From the NCBI RefSeq assembly GCF_963921235.1, contig NC_086097.1:105836001-105900000 (forward strand): 64,000 bases of DNA, given 5' to 3'. Position 1 is the first letter of the stretch, and the number at the start of each line of letters is the position of its first letter. The position numbers were made by a program, and so were the translations under genes. Under the pieces are notes generated by a model. It had not been told where the DNA came from. It did not search any database and worked only from the letters and a program-made list of their open reading frames with translations. Shown piece after piece: positions 40,201-56,200 of the stretch. Origin of the DNA: Mobula hypostoma. Taxonomy: Eukaryota.

Positions 40201-43200
40201 ATAACAGGTGTCAAACATCTCAGAATCATGTGGGGAGTTATATTAAGATGTTTTCATAAGGTTTGCAGTCAGCAGCTTTGAGTAAAATTGAAATGTATAC
40301 TTCTTTCAATGTCAAAGCACTGTATGCAGTGAGAAATCAACTTTTTTATCTTGAATAGCTAAGTGATATAACAGGTGTCAAACATCTCAGAATCATGTGG
40401 GGAGTTATGTTAAGATGTTTCCATCAGGTTTGCAGTCAGTAGTTTTGAGTAAAATTGAAATGTATACTTCTTTCAATGCCAATGCACTGTATGCACTGAG
40501 AAATCAACTTTTTTATCTTGAATACCTAAGTGATATAACAGGTGTCAAACATCTCAGAATCATGTGGGGAGTTATATTAAGATGTTTCCATAAGGTTTGC
40601 ATTCAGTACTATTGAGTAAAATTGAAATACATACTTCTTTTAATGCCAAAGCACTGTATGCACTGAGAAATCAACATTTTTTATCTTGAATAGCTAAATG
40701 ATATAACAGGTGTCAAACATCTCAGAATCATGTGGGGAGTTATGTTAAGATGTTTCCATCAGGTTTGCAGTCAGTAGTTTTGAGTAAAATTGAAATGTAT
40801 ACTTCTTTCAATGCCAATGCACTGTATGCGTTGAGAAATCAACTTCTTTATCTTGAAAAACTAAGTGATATAACAGCTCCCAGACAACTCAAAATCATGT
40901 GGGGAGTTATATTAAGATGTTTTCATAAGGTTTGCATTCAGTACTTTAGAGTAAAATTGAAATATATACTTTTAATGCCAAAGCACTGTATGCACTGAGA
41001 AATCAACTTTTTTATCTTGAATAGCTAAGTGATATAACAGGTGTCAAACATCTCAGAATCATGTGGGGAGTTATGTTAAGATGTTTCCATCAGGTTTGCA
41101 GTCAGTACCTTTGAGTAAAATTGAAATGTATACTTCTTTCAATGCCAATGCACTGTATGCACTGAGAAATCAACTTTTTTATCTTGAATAGCTAAGTGAT
41201 ATAACAGGTGTCAAACATCTCAGAATCATGTGGGGAGTTATGTTAAGATGTTTCCATCAGGTTTGCAGTCAGTACTTTTGAGTAAAATTGAAATGTATAC
41301 TTCTTTCAATGCCAATGCACTGTATGCACTGAGAAATCAACTTTTTTATCTTGAATAGCTGAGTGATATAACAGGTGTCAAACATCTCAGAATCATGTGG
41401 GGAGTTATATTAAGATGTTTCCATAAGGTTTGCATTCAGTACTTTAGAGTAAAATTGAAATATATACTTTTAATGCCAAAGCACTGTATGCACTGAGAAA
41501 TCAACTTTTTTGTCTTGAATAGCTAAGTGATATAACAGGTGTCAAACATCTCAGAATCATGTGGGGAGTTATGTTAAGATGTTTCCATCAGGTTTGCAGT
41601 CAGTAGTTTTGAGTAAAATTGAAATGTGTACTTCTTTCAATGCCAAAGCACTGTATGCACTGAGAAATCAACTTTTTTATCTTGAATAGCTAAGTGATAT
41701 AACAGCTCTCAGACAGCTCAGAATCATGTGGGGAGTTATATTAAGATGTTTCCATAAGGTTTGCATTCAGTAGTTTAGAGTAAAATTGAAATATATGCTT
41801 CTTTCAATGCCAAAGCAGTGTATGCACTGAGAAATCAACTTTTTTATCTTGAATACCTGAGTGATATAACAGGTGTCAAACATCTCAGGATCATGTGGGG
41901 AGTTATGTTAAGATGTTTCCATTAGGTTTGCAGTCAGTAGTTTTGAGTAAAATTGAAATGTATACTTCTTTCAATGCCTATGCACTGTATGCACTGAGAA
42001 ATCAACTTTTTTATCTTGAATAGCTAAGTGATATAACAGGTGTCAAACAACTCAGAATCATGTGGGGAGTTATATTAAGATGTTTCCATCAGGTTTGCAG
42101 TCAGTAGTATTGAGTAAAATTGAAATGTATACTTCTTTCAATGCCAAAGCACTGTATGCACTGAGAAATCAACTTTTTTATCTTGAATAGCTAAGTGATA
42201 TAACAGGTGTCAAACATCTCAGAATCATGTGGGGAGTTATATTAAGATGTTTCCATCAGGTTTGCAGTCAGTAGTTTTGAGTAAAATTGAAATGTATACT
42301 TCTTTCAATGCCAATGCACTGTATGCACTGAGAAATCAACTTTTTTATCTTGAATAGCTAAGTGATATAACAGGTGTCAAACATCTCAGAATCATGTGGG
42401 GAGTTATGTTAAGATGTTTCCATCAGGTTTGCAGTCAGTAGTTTTGAGTAAAATTGAAATCAATACTTCTTTCAATGCTAATGCACTGTATGCACTGAGA
42501 AATCAAATTTTTTATCTTGAATACCTTGGTGAAATAACAGGTGTCAAACATCTCAGAATCATGTGGGGAGTTATATTAAGATGTTTCCATAAGGTTTGCA
42601 TTCAGTACTTTAGAGTAAAATTGAAATATATATTTCCTTTAATGCCAAAGCACTGTATGCACTGAGAAATGAACTTTTTTATCTTGAATAGCTAAGTGAT
42701 ATAACAGGTGTCAAACATCTCAGAATCATGTGGGGAGTTATGTTAAGATGTTTCCATCAGGTTTGCAGTCAGTAGTTTTGAGTAAAATTGAAATGTATAC
42801 TTCTTTCAATGCCAAAGCACTGTATGCACTGAGAAATCAACTTTTTTATCTTGAATAGCAAAGTGATATAACAGCTCCCAGACAACTCAGAATCATGTGG
42901 GGAGTTATATTAAGATGTTTCCATAAGGTTTGCATTCAGTACTTTAGAGTAAAATTGAAATGTATGCTTCTTTCAATGCCAAAGCACTGTAGGCACTGAT
43001 AAATCAACTTTTAATCTTGAATTGCTCAGTGATATAACAGCTGTCAAACATCTCAGAATCATTTTGGGGGTTAAGTTAAGATGTTTCCATCAGGTTTGCA
43101 GTCAGTACCTTTGAGTAAAATTGAAATGTATACTTCTTTCAATGCCAAAGCACTGTATGCACTGAGAAATCAACTTTTTTATCTTGAATAGCTAAGTGAT

Positions 43201-46200
43201 ATAACAGGTGTCAAACATCTCAGAATCATGTGGGGAGTTATATTAAGATGTTTCCATCAGGTTTGCAGTCAGTAGTTTTGAGTAAAATTGAAATGTATAC
43301 TTCTTTCAATGCCAATGCACTGTATGCACTGAGAAATCAACTTTTTTATCTTGAATAGCTAAGTGATATAACAGGTGTCAAACATCTCAGAATCATGTGG
43401 GGAGTTATATTAACATGTTTCCATCAGGTCTGCATTCAGTACAATTGAGTAAAATTGAAATGCATACTTCTTTTAATACCAAAGCCCTGTGAGCACTGAG
43501 AAATCAACTTTTTGATCTTGAATAGCTAAGTGATATAACAGGTGTCAAACATCTCAGAATCATGTGGGGAGTTATGTTAAGATGTTTCCATCAGGTTTGC
43601 AGGCAGTATCTTTGAGTAAAATTGAAATGTATACTTCTTTCAATGCCAAAGCACTGTATGCACTGAGAAATCAACTTTTTTATCTTGAATAGCAAAGTGA
43701 TATAACAGCTCCCAGACAACTCAGAATCATGTGGGGAGTTATATTAAGATGTTTTCATAAGGGTTGCAATCAGTACTTTAGAGTAAAATTCAAGTATATA
43801 CTTTTAATGCCAATGCACTGAATGCACTGAGAAATCAACTTTTTTTATCTTGAATAGCTAAGTGATATAACAGGTGTCAAACATCTCAGAATCATGTGGG
43901 GAGTTATGTTAAGATGTTTCCATCAGGTTTGAAGTCAGTGCCTTTGAGTAAAATTGAAATGTATACTTCCTTCAATGTCATTGCACTGTAAGCTCTGAGA
44001 AATCAACATTTTTTATCTTGAATAGCTAAGTGATATAACAGGTATCAAACATCTCAGAATCATGTGGGGAGTTATATTAAGATGTTTCCATAAGGTTTGC
44101 ATTCAGTACTATTGAGTAAAATTGAAATCAATACTTCTTTCAATGCCAATGCACTGTATGCACTGAGAAATCAACTTTTTTATCTTGAATAGCAAAGTGA
44201 TATAACAGCTCCCAGACAACTCAGAATCATGTGGGGAGTTATATTAAGATGTTTCCATAATGTTTGCATTCAGTACTTTTGAGTAAAATTGAAATATATA
44301 CTTCTTTCAATGCCAAAGCACTGCATGCACTGAGAAATCAACTTTTTTGTCTTGAATAGCTAAGTGATATAGCAGGTGTCAAACATCTCAGAATCATGTG
44401 GGGAGTTATGTTAAGATGTTTCCATCAGGTTTGCAGTCAGTACCTTTGAGTAAAATTGAAATGTATACTTCTTTCAATGCCAATGCACTGTATGCAATGA
44501 GAAATCAACTTTTTTATCCTGAATAGATAAGTGATATAACAGCTCTCAAAAAATTCAGAATCATGTTGGGAGTTATATTAAGATGATTCCATAAGTTTGC
44601 ATTCTGTACTTTAGAGTAAAATGGAGATATATGCTTTTAATGCCAGATCAGTGTATGCACTGTGAAATCAACTTTTTTTTTATCTTGAATAGCTAAGTGA
44701 TATAACAGGTGTCAAATATCTCAGAATCATGTGGGGAGTTTTATTAAGATATTTCCATCAGGTTTGCAGTCAGTAGTTTTGAGTAAAATTGAAATCAATA
44801 CTTCTTTCAAAGCTAATGCACTGTATGCACAGAGAAATCAACATTTTTATCTGAATAGTAAGTGATATAACAACTCTCAGACAACTCAGAATCATGTGGG
44901 GAGTTATATTAAGATATTTCCATCAGGTTTGCAGTCAGTAGTATTGAGTCAAATTGAAATGTATACTTCTTTCTATGCTAATGCACTGTATGCACTGAGA
45001 AATCAACTTTTTTATCTTGAATAGATAAGTGATATAACAGGTGTCAAACATCTCAGAATCATGTGGGGAGTTATGTTAAGATGTTTCCATCAGGTTTGCA
45101 GTCAGCAGCTTTGAGTAAAATTGAATAGTATACTTCTTTCAATGCCAATGCACTGTATGCACTGAGAAATCAACTTTTTTATCTTGAATAGCTAAGTGAT
45201 ATAACAGGTGTCAAACATCTGAGAATCATGTGGGGAGTTATGTTAAGATGTTTCCATCAGGTTTGCAGTCAGTAGTTTTGAGTAAAATTGAAATCAATAC
45301 TTCTTTCAATGCTAATGCACTGTATGCACTGAGAAACCAACTTTTTTATCTGAATAGTATGTGCTATAACAGCTCTCAGACATCTCAGAATCGTGTTGGG
45401 AGTTATATTAAGATGATTCCATAAGTTTGTATTCAGTACTTTAGAGTAAAATGGAGATATATGGTTTTAATGCCAAAGCACTGTATGCACAGAGAAATCA
45501 ACTTTTTTCTCTTGAATAGCTAAGTAATATAACAGGTGTCAAACATCTGAGAATCATGTGGGGAGTTATGTTAAGATGTTTCCATCAGGTTTGCAGTCAG
45601 TAGTTTTGAGTAAAATTGAAATGTATACTTCTTTCAATGCCAATGCACTGTATGCACTGAGAAATCAACTTTTTTTATCTTGAATAGCAAAGTGATATAA
45701 CAGCTCCGAGACAACTCAGAATCATGTGGGGAATTATATTAAGATGTTTCCATAAGGTTTGCATTCAGTACTTTAGAGTAAAATTGAAATATATACTTCT
45801 TTTAATACCAAAGCATTGTAGGCACTGAGAAATCAACTTTTTTATCTTGAATAGCTAAGTGATATAACAGGTGTCAAACATCTCAGAATCATGTGGGGAG
45901 TTATGTTAAGATGTTTCCATCAGGTTTGCAGTCAGTACCTTTGAGTAAAATTGAAATGTATACTTCTTTCAATGCCAATGCACTGTATGCACTGAGAAAT
46001 CAACTTTTTTATCTTGAATAGATAAGTGATATAACAGCTCTCAAAAAACTCAGAATCATGTTTGGAGTTATATTAAGATGTTTCCATAAGGTTTGCATTC
46101 AGTACTTTAGAGTAAAATTCAAGTATATACTTTTAATGCCAAAGCACTGTATGCACTGAGAAATCAACTTTTTTATCTTGAATAGCTAAATGATATAACA

Positions 46201-49200
46201 GGTGTCAAACATCTCAGAATCATGTGGGGAGTTATATTAAGATGTTTCCATCAGGTTTGCAGTCAGTAGTTTTGAGTAAAATTGAAATGTATACTTCTTT
46301 CAATGCTAATGCACTGTATGCACTGAGAAATCAACTTTTTTATCTTGAATAGCTAAGTGATATAACAGCTCCCAGGCAACTCAGAATCATGTGGGGAGTT
46401 ATATTAAGATATTTCCATCAGGTTTGCAGTCAGTAGTATTGAGTCAAATTGAAATGCATACTTCTTTCTATGCCAAAGCACTGTATGAACTGAGAAATCA
46501 ACTTTTTTCTCTTGAATAGCAAAGTAATATAACAGGTGTCAAACATCTGAGAATCATGTGGGGAGTTATGTTAAGATGTTTCCATCAGGTTTGCAGTCAG
46601 TAGTTTTGAGTAAAATTGAAATGTATACTTCTTTCAATGCTAATGCACTGTATGCAATGAGAAATCAACTTTTTTATCTTGAATAGCTAAGTGATATAAC
46701 AGCTCCCAAAAAACTCAGAATCATGTTTGGAGTTATATTAAGATGATTCCATAAGGTTTGCATTCAGTACTTTAGAGTAAAATTGAAATATATGCTTTTA
46801 ATGCCAAAGCACTGTATGCACTGAGAAATCAACATTTTTTATCTTGAATACCTAAATGATATAACAGGTGTCAAACATCTTAGAATCATGTGGGGAGTTA
46901 CGTTAAGATGTTTCCATCAGGTTTGCAGTCAGTACCTTTGAGTAAAATTGAAATGTATACTTCCTTCAATGCTAATGCATTGTATGCACTGAGAAATCAA
47001 CTTTTTTATCTTGAATAGCAAAGTGATATAACAGGTGTCAAACATCTCAGAATCATGTGGGGAGTTATATTAAGATATTTCCATCAGGTTTGCAGTCAGT
47101 AGTTTTGAGTAAAATTGAAATCAATACTTCTTTCAATGCTAATGCACTGTATGCACTGAGAAATCAACTTTTTTATCTTGAATAGCAAAGTGATATAACA
47201 GCCCTCAAAAAGCTCAGAATCATGTTTGGAGTTATATTAAGATGATTCCATAAGTTTGCATTCTGTACTTTAGAGTAAAATGGAGATATATGATTTTAAT
47301 GCCAAAGCACTGTATGCACTGAGAAATCAACTTTTTTGTCTTGAATAGCTAAATGATATAACAGGTGTCAAACATCTCAGGATCATGTGGGGAGTTATGT
47401 TATGATGTTTCCATCAGGTTTGCAGTCAGTACCTTTGAGTAAAATTGAAATGTATACTTCTTTCAATGCCAATGCACTGTATGCACTGAGAAATCAACTT
47501 TTTTATCCTGAATAGATAAGTGATATAACAGCTCTCAAAAAACTCAGAATCATGTTTGGAGTTATATTAAGATGATTCCATAAGTTTGCATTCTGTACTT
47601 TAGAGTAAAATGGAGATATATGCTTTTAATACCAAAGCACTGTATGCACTGAGCAATCAACTTTTTAATCTTGAATTGTTAAGTGATATAACAGGTGTTA
47701 AACATCACAGAATCATGTGGGGTGTTATGTTAAGATGTTTCCATCAAGTTTGCAGTCAGTACCTTTGAGTAAAATTGAAATGTATACTTTTTTTAATGCC
47801 AAAGCACTGTATGCACTGAGAAATCAACTTTTTTCATCTTGAATAGCTAAGTGATATAACAGGTGTCAAACATCTCAGAATCATGTGGGGAGTTATGTTA
47901 AGATGTTTGCATTAGGTTTGCAGTCAGTACTTTTCAGTAAAATTGAAATGTATACTTCTTTCAATGCAAAGCACTGTATGCAATGAGAAATCAACTTTTT
48001 TATCTTGAATAGCTAAGTGATATAACAGCTCTCAAAAATCTCAGAATCATGTTTGGAGTTATATTAAGATGATTCCATAAGTTTGCATTCAGTACTTTAG
48101 AGTAAAATGGAGATATATGCTTTTAATGCCAGAGCAGTGTATGCACTGAGAAATCAACTTTTTTATCTTGAATAGCTAAATGATATAACAGGTGTCAAAG
48201 ATCTCAGTATCATGTGGGGAGTTATATTAAGATATTTCCATCAGGTTTGCAGTCTGTAGTTTTGAGTAAAATTGAAATCAATACTTCTTTCAAAGCTAAT
48301 GCACTGTATGCACAGAGAAATCAACATTTGTATCTGAATAGTAAGTGATATAACAACTCTCAGACAACTCAGAATCATGTGGGGAGTTATATTAAGATGT
48401 TTCCATCAGGTTTGCATTCAGTACTATTGAGTAAAATTGAAATGTATACTTCTTTCTATGCCAATGCACTGTATGCACTGAGAAATCAACTTTTTTATCT
48501 TGATAGCTAAATGATATAACAGGTTTCAAACATCTCAGAATCATGTGGGGAGGTATATTAAGATATTTCCATCAGGTTTACAGTCAGCAGTTTTGAGTAA
48601 AATTGAAATCAATACTTCTTTCAATGCTAATGCACTGTATGCACTGAGAAATCAACTTTTTTATCTTGAATATCTAAGTGATATAACAGGTGTCAAACAT
48701 CTCAGAATCATGTGGGGAGTTATGTTAAGATGTTTCCATTAGGTTTGCAGTCAGTAGTTTTGAGTAAAATTGAAATGTATACTTCTTTCAATGCCAAAGC
48801 ACTGTATGCACTGAGAAATCAACTTTTTTATCTGAATACTAAGTGATATAACAGCTCTCAGACATCTCAGAATCGTGTTGGGAGTTATATTAAGATGATT
48901 CCATAAGTTTGCATTCAGTACTTTAGAGTAAAATGGAGATATATGATTTTAATTCCAAAGCACTGTATGCACTGAGAAATCAACTTTTTTCTCTTGAATA
49001 GCTAAGTAAAATAACAGGTGTCAAACATCTGAGAATCATGTGGGGAGTTATGTTAAGATGTTTCCATCAGGTTTGCAGTCAGTAGTTTTGAGTAAAATTG
49101 AAATGTATACTTCTTTCAATGCCATTGTGCTCTATGCTTAGAGAAATCGACTTTTTTTATCTTGAATAGCTAACTGATATAACAGCTCTCTGACAACTCA

Positions 49201-52200
49201 GAATCATGTGGGGAGTTATATTAAGATATTTCCATCAGGTTTGCAGTCAGTAGTATTGAGTCAAATTGAAATGTATACTTCTTTCTATGCCAATGCACTG
49301 TATGCACTGAGAAATCAACTTTTTTATCTTGAATAGCTAAATGATATAACAGGTGTCAAACATCTCAGAATCATGTGGGGAGTTATATTAAGATATTTCC
49401 ATCAGGTTTACAGTCAGTAGTTTTGAGTAAAATTGAAATCAATACTTCTTTCAATGCTAATGCACTGCATGCACTGAGAAATCAACTTTTTTATCTGAAT
49501 AGTAAGTGATATAACAGCTCTCAGACATCTCAGAATCGTGTTGGGAGTTATATTAAGATGATTCCATAAGTTTCCATTCAGTACTTTAGAGTAGAATGGA
49601 GATATATGATTTTAATGCAAAGCACTGTATGCACTGAGAAATCAACTTTTTTCTCTTGAATAGCAAAGTAATATAACAGGTGTCAAACATCTGAGAATCA
49701 TGTGGGGAGTTATGTTAAGATGTTTCCATCAGGTTTGCAGTCAGTAGTTTTGAGTAAAATTGAAATGTATACTTCTTTCAATGCTAATGCACTGTATGCA
49801 ATGAGAAATCAACTTTTTTATCTTGAATAGCTAAGTGATATAACAGCTCCCAAAAAACTCAGAATCATGTTTGGAGTTATATTAAGATGATTCCATAACT
49901 TTGCATTCAGTACTTTAGAGTAAAATGGAGATATATGCTTTTAATGCCAGAGCAGTGTATGCACTGAGAAATCAACTTTTTTTATCTTGAATAGCTAAAT
50001 GATATAACAGGTGTCAAACATCTCAGAATCATCTGGGGAATTATGTTAAGATGTTTCCATCAGGTTTGCAGTCAGTACCTTTGAGTAAAATTGAAGTGTA
50101 TACTTCCTTCATTGCTATTGCATTGTATGCACTGAGAAATCAACTTTTTTATCTTGAATAGCAAAATGATATAACAGGTGTCAAAGATCTCAGTATCATG
50201 TGGGGAGTTATATTAAGATATTTCCATCAGGTTTGCAGTCAGTACTTTTGAGTAAAATTGAAATCAATACTTCTTTCAAAGCTAATGCACTGTATGCACA
50301 GAGAAATCAACTTTTTTATCTGAATAGTAAGTGATATAACAGCTCTCAGACATCTCAGAATCGTGTTGGGAGTTATATTAAGATGATTCCATAAGTTTGT
50401 ATTCAGTACTTTAGAGTAAAATGGAGATATATGGTTTTAATGCCAAAGCACTGTATGCACAGAGAAATCAACTTTTTTGTCTTGAATAGCTAAATGATAT
50501 AACAGGTGTCAAACATCTCAGAATCATGTGGGGAGTTATGTTAAGATGTTTCCATCAGGTTTGCAGTCAGTACCTTTGAGTAAAATTGAAATGTATACTT
50601 CTTTCAATGCTAATGCACTGTATGCACTGAGAAATCAACTTTTTTATCTTGAATAGATAAGTGATATAACAGCTCTCAAAAAACTCAGAATCATGTTTGG
50701 AGTTATATTAAGATGATTCCATAAGTTTGCATTCTGTACTTTAGAGTAAAATGGAGATATATGCTTTTAATACCAAAGCACTGTGTGCACTGAGAAATCA
50801 ACTTTTTTATCTTGAATAGTTAAATGATATAACAGGTGTCAAACATCTCAGAATCATGTGGAGAATTATGTTAAGATGTTTCCATCAGGTTTGCAGTCAG
50901 TAGTTTTGAGTAGAATTGAAATGTATACTTTTTTTCAATGCAAAGCACTGTATGCACAGAGAAATCAACTTTTTTCATCTTGAATAGCTAAGTGATATAA
51001 CAGGTGTGAAACATCTCAGAATCATCCGGAGAGTTATGTTAAGATGTTTCCATCAGGTTTGCAGTCAGTAGTTTTGAGTAAAATTGAAATGTATACTTCT
51101 TTCAATGCTAAAGCACTGTGTGCAATGAGAAATCAACTTTTTTATCTTGAATAGCTAAGTGATATAACAGCTCTCAAAAAGCTCAGAATCATGTTTGGAG
51201 TTATATTAAGATGATTCCATAAGTTTGCATTCTGTACTTTAGAGTAAAATGGAGATATATGCTTTTAATGCCAGAGCAGTGTATGCACTGAGAAATCAAC
51301 TTTTTTATCTTGAATAGCTAAATGATATAACAGGTGTCAAAGATCTGAGTATCATGTGGGGAGTTATATTAAGATATTTCCATCAGGTTTGCAGTCAGTA
51401 GTTTTGAGTAAAATTGAAATCAATACTTCTTTCAAAGCTAATGCACTGTATGCACAGAGAAATCAACATTTTTATCTGAATAGTAAGTGATATAACAACT
51501 CTCAGACAACTCAGAATCATGTGGGGAGTTATATTAAGATATTTCCATCAGGTTTGCAGTCAGTAGTATTGAGTCAAATTGAAATGTATACTTCTTTCTA
51601 TGCCAAAGCACTGTATGAACTGAGAAATCAACTTTTTTATCTTGATAGCTAAATGATATAACAGGTTTCAAACATCTCAGAATCATGTGGGGAGTTATAT
51701 TAAGATATTTCCATCAGGTTTACAGTCAGCAGTTTTGAGTAAAATTGAAATCAATACTTCTTTCAATGCTAATGCACTGTATGCACTGAGAAATCAACTT
51801 TTTTCTCTTGAATATCCAAGTAATATAACAGGTGTCAAACATCTGAGAATCATGTGGGGAGTTATGTTAAGATGTTTCCATTAGGTTTGCAGTCAGTAGT
51901 TTTGAGTAAAATTGAAATGTATACTCTTTCAAAACCAATGCACTGTATGCACTGAGAAATCAACTTTTTTATCTGAATAGTAAGTGATATAACAGCTCTC
52001 AGACATCTCAGAATCGTGTTGGGAGTTATATTAAGATGATTCCATAAGTTTGCATTCAGTACTTTAGAGTAAAATGGAGATATATGCTTTTAATGCCAAA
52101 GCACTGTATGCACTGAGAAATCAACTGTTTTATCTTGAATAGCTAAATGATATAACAGGTGTCAAACATCTCAGAATCATGTGGGGAGTTATATTAAGAT

Positions 52201-53214
52201 ATTTCCATCAGGTTTACAGTCAGTAGTTTTGAGTAAAATTGAAATCAATACTTCTTTCAATGCTAATGCACTGTATGCACTGAGAAATCAACTTTTTTAT
52301 CTGAATAGTAAGTGATATAACAGCTCTCAGACATCTCAGAATCGTGTTGGGAGTTATATTAAGATGATTCCATAAGTTTCCATTCAGTACTTTATAGTAG
52401 AATGGAGATATATGATTTTAATGCCAAAGCACTGTATGCACTGAGAAATCAATTTTTTTCTCTTGAATAGGTAAGTAATATAACAGGTGTCAAACATATG
52501 AGAATCATGTGGGGAGTTATGTTAAGATGTTTCCATCAGGTTTGCAGTCAGTAGTTTTGAGTAAAATTGAAATGTATACTTCTTTCAATGCTAATGCACT
52601 GTATGCAATGAGAAATCAACTTTTTTATCTTGAATAGCTAAGTGATATAACAGCTCTCAAAAAACTCAGAATCATGTTTGGAGTTATATTAAGATGATTC
52701 CATAAGTTTGCATTCTGTACTTTAGAGTAAAATGGAGATATATGCTTTTAATACCAAAGCACTGTGTGCACTGAGAAATCAACTTTTTTATCTTGAATAG
52801 TTAAATGATATAACAGGTGTCAAACATCTCAGAATCATGTGGAGAGTTATGTTAAGATGTTTCCATCAGGTTTGCAGTCAGTAGTTTTGAGTAAAATTGA
52901 AATGTATACTTCTTTCAATGCTAATGCACTGTATGCACTGAGAAATCAACTTTTTTTTATCTTGAATAGCTAAGTGATATAACAGGTGTCAAACATCTCA
53001 GAATCATCTGGAGAGTTATGTTAAGATGTTTCCATCAGGTTTGCAGTCAGTACCTTTGAGTAAAATTGAAGTGTATACTTCTTTCAATGCTATTGCACTT
53101 TATGCACTGACAAATCAACTGTTCTATCTTGAATAGCTAAATGATATAACAGGTGTCAAACATCTCAGAATCATGTGGGGAGTTATATTAAGATGTTTCC
53201 ATCAGGTTTGCAGT

Positions 53215-56200
53215 CACTACCTTTTAGTAAAATTTACCTGTATTCTCCATTGAATGCGAAAGCAATGTATGCTTTGAGAAGCCAACATTTTTTATCTTGA
53301 ATACCTAAGTTATATAATAGCTCTCACACATCTCAGGATCATGTGGAGAGTTATGTTAAGATATTTCCATTAGGCTTGGAGTGAGTAGTTTTGAGTAAAA
53401 TTGAAATGTATACTCTTTCAATACTAATGCACTGTATACGCTGAGAAATCAACTTTTTTATCTTGAACAGCTAAGTGATATAACAGGTGTCAAGCATCTC
53501 AGAATCATGTAGGGAGTTATGTTAAGATGTTTCCATCAGGTTTCCAGTCACTACCTTTCAGTAAAATATACATGTATTCTCCTTTGAATGCAAAAGCACT
53601 GTATGCTTTGAGAAACCAACATTTTTATCTTGAATACCTAAGTTATATAATAGCTCTCACACATCTCAGGATCATGTGGGGAGTTATGTTAAGCTATTTC
53701 CATTAGGCTTGGAGTCAGTAGTTTTGAGTAAAATTGAAAGGTATACTCTTTCAATACTAATGCACTGTATGCACTGAGAAATCAACTTTTTTATCTTGAA
53801 TAGCTAAATGATATAACAGGTGTTAAACATCTGAGAATCATGTGGCGGGTTATGTTAAAATGCTTCCATCAGGTTTGCAGTCAGTACCTTTGAGTAAAAT
53901 ATACATGTATTCTCCTTTGAATGCGAAAGCACTGTATGCTTTGAGAAACCAACTTTTTTATTTTGAATACCTAAGCTATATAATAGCTCTCACACATCTC
54001 AGGATCATGTGGGGAGTTATGTTAAGATATTTTCTATAGGCTTGGAGTCAGTAGTTTTGAGTAAAATTGAAATGTATTCTCTTTCAATACTAATGCACTG
54101 TATGCGCTGAGAAATCAACTTTTTTATCTTGAACAGCTAAGTGATATAACAGGTGTCAAACATCTCAGAATCATGTGGCGAGTTATGTTAAGATGTTTCC
54201 ATCAGGTTTGCAGTCAGTAGTTTTGAGTAAAATTGAAATGTATACTTCTTTCAATGCTAATGCACTGTATGCACTGAGAAATCAACTTTTTTTTATCTTG
54301 AATAGCTAAGTGATATAACAGGTGTCAAACATCTCAGAATCATCTGGAGAGTTATGTTAAGATGTTTCCATCAGGTTTGCAGTCAGTACCTTTGAGTAAA
54401 ATTGAAGTGTATACTTCTTTCAATGCTATTGCACTTTATGCACTGACAAATCAACTGTTCTATCTTGAATAGCTAAATGATATAACAGGTGTCAAACATC
54501 GCAGAATCATGTGGGGAGTTATATTAAGATGTTTCCATCAGGTTTGCAGTCACTACCTTTTAGTAAAATTTACCTGTATTCTCCATTGAATGCGAAAGCA
54601 ATGTATGCTTTGAGAAGCCAACTTTTTTTATCTTGAATACCTAAGTTATATAATAGCTCTCACACATCTCAGGATCATGTGGAGAGTTATGTTAAGATAT
54701 TTCCATTAGGCTTGGAGTGAGTAGTTTTGAGTAAAATTGAAATGTATACTCTTTCAATACTAATGCACTGTATACGCTGAGAAATCAACTTTTTTATCTT
54801 GAACAGCTAAGTGATATAACAGGTGTCAAGCATCTCAGAATCATGTAGGGAGTTATGTTAAGATGTTTCCATCAGGTTTCCAGTCACTACCTTTCAGTAA
54901 AATATACATGTATTCTCCTTTGAATGCAAAAGCACTGTATGCTTTGAGAAACCAACATTTTTATCTTGAATACCTAAGTTTTATATAATAGCTCTCACAC
55001 ATCTCAGGATCATGTGGGGAGTTATGTTAAGCTATTTCCATTAGGCTTGGAGTCAGTAGTTTTGAGTAAAATTGAAATGTATACTCTTTCAATACTAATG
55101 CACTGTATGCGCTGAGAAATCAACTTTTTTTATCTTGAACAGCTAAGTGATATAACAGGTGTGAAACATCTCAGAATCATGTGGCGAGTTATGCTAAGAT
55201 GTTTCCATCAGGTTTGCAGTCACTACCTTTTAGTAAAATATACATGTATTCTCCTTTGAATGCGAAAGCACTGTATGCTTTGAGAAACCAACTTTTTTAT
55301 TTTGAATACCTAAGCTATATAATAGCTCTCACACATCTCAGGATCATGTGGGGAGTTATGTTAAGATATTTTCTATAGGCTTGGAGTCAGTAGTTTTGAG
55401 TAAAATTGAAATGTATTCTCTTTCAATACTAATGCACTGTATGCGCTGAGAAATCAACTTTTTTATCTTGAACAGCTAAGTGATATAACAGGTGTCAAAC
55501 ATCTCAGAATCATGTGGCGAGTTATGTTAAGATGTTTCCATCAGGTTTGCAGTCACTACCTTTTAGTAAAATTTACCTGTATTCTCCATTGAATGCGAAA
55601 GCAATGTATGCTTTGAGAAGCCAACTTTTTTTATCTTGAATACCTAAGTTATATAATAGCTCTCACACATCTCAGGATCATGTGGAGAGTTATGTTAAGA
55701 TATTTCCATTAGGCTTGGAGTGAGTAGTTTTGAGTAAAATTGAAATGTATACTCTTTCAATACTAATGCACTGTATACGCTGAGAAATCAACTTTTTTAT
55801 CTTGAACAGCTAAGTGATATAACAGGTGTCAAGCATCTCAGAATCATGTAGGGAGCTATGTTAAGATGTTTCCATCAGATTTCCAGTCACTACCTTTCAG
55901 TAAAATATACATGTATTCTCCTTTGAATGCAAAAGCACTGTATGCTTTGAGAAACCAACATTTTTATCTTGAATACCTAAGTTATATAATAGCTCTCACA
56001 CATCTCAGGATCATGTGGGGAGTTATGTTAAGCTATTTCCATTAGGCTTGGAGTCAGTAGTTTTGAGTAAAATTGAAATGTATACTCTTTCAATACTAAT
56101 GCACTGTATGCGCTGAGAAATCAACTTTTTTTATCTTGAACAGCTAAGTGATATAACAGGTGTGAAACATCTCAGAATCATGTGGCGAGTTATGCTAAGA

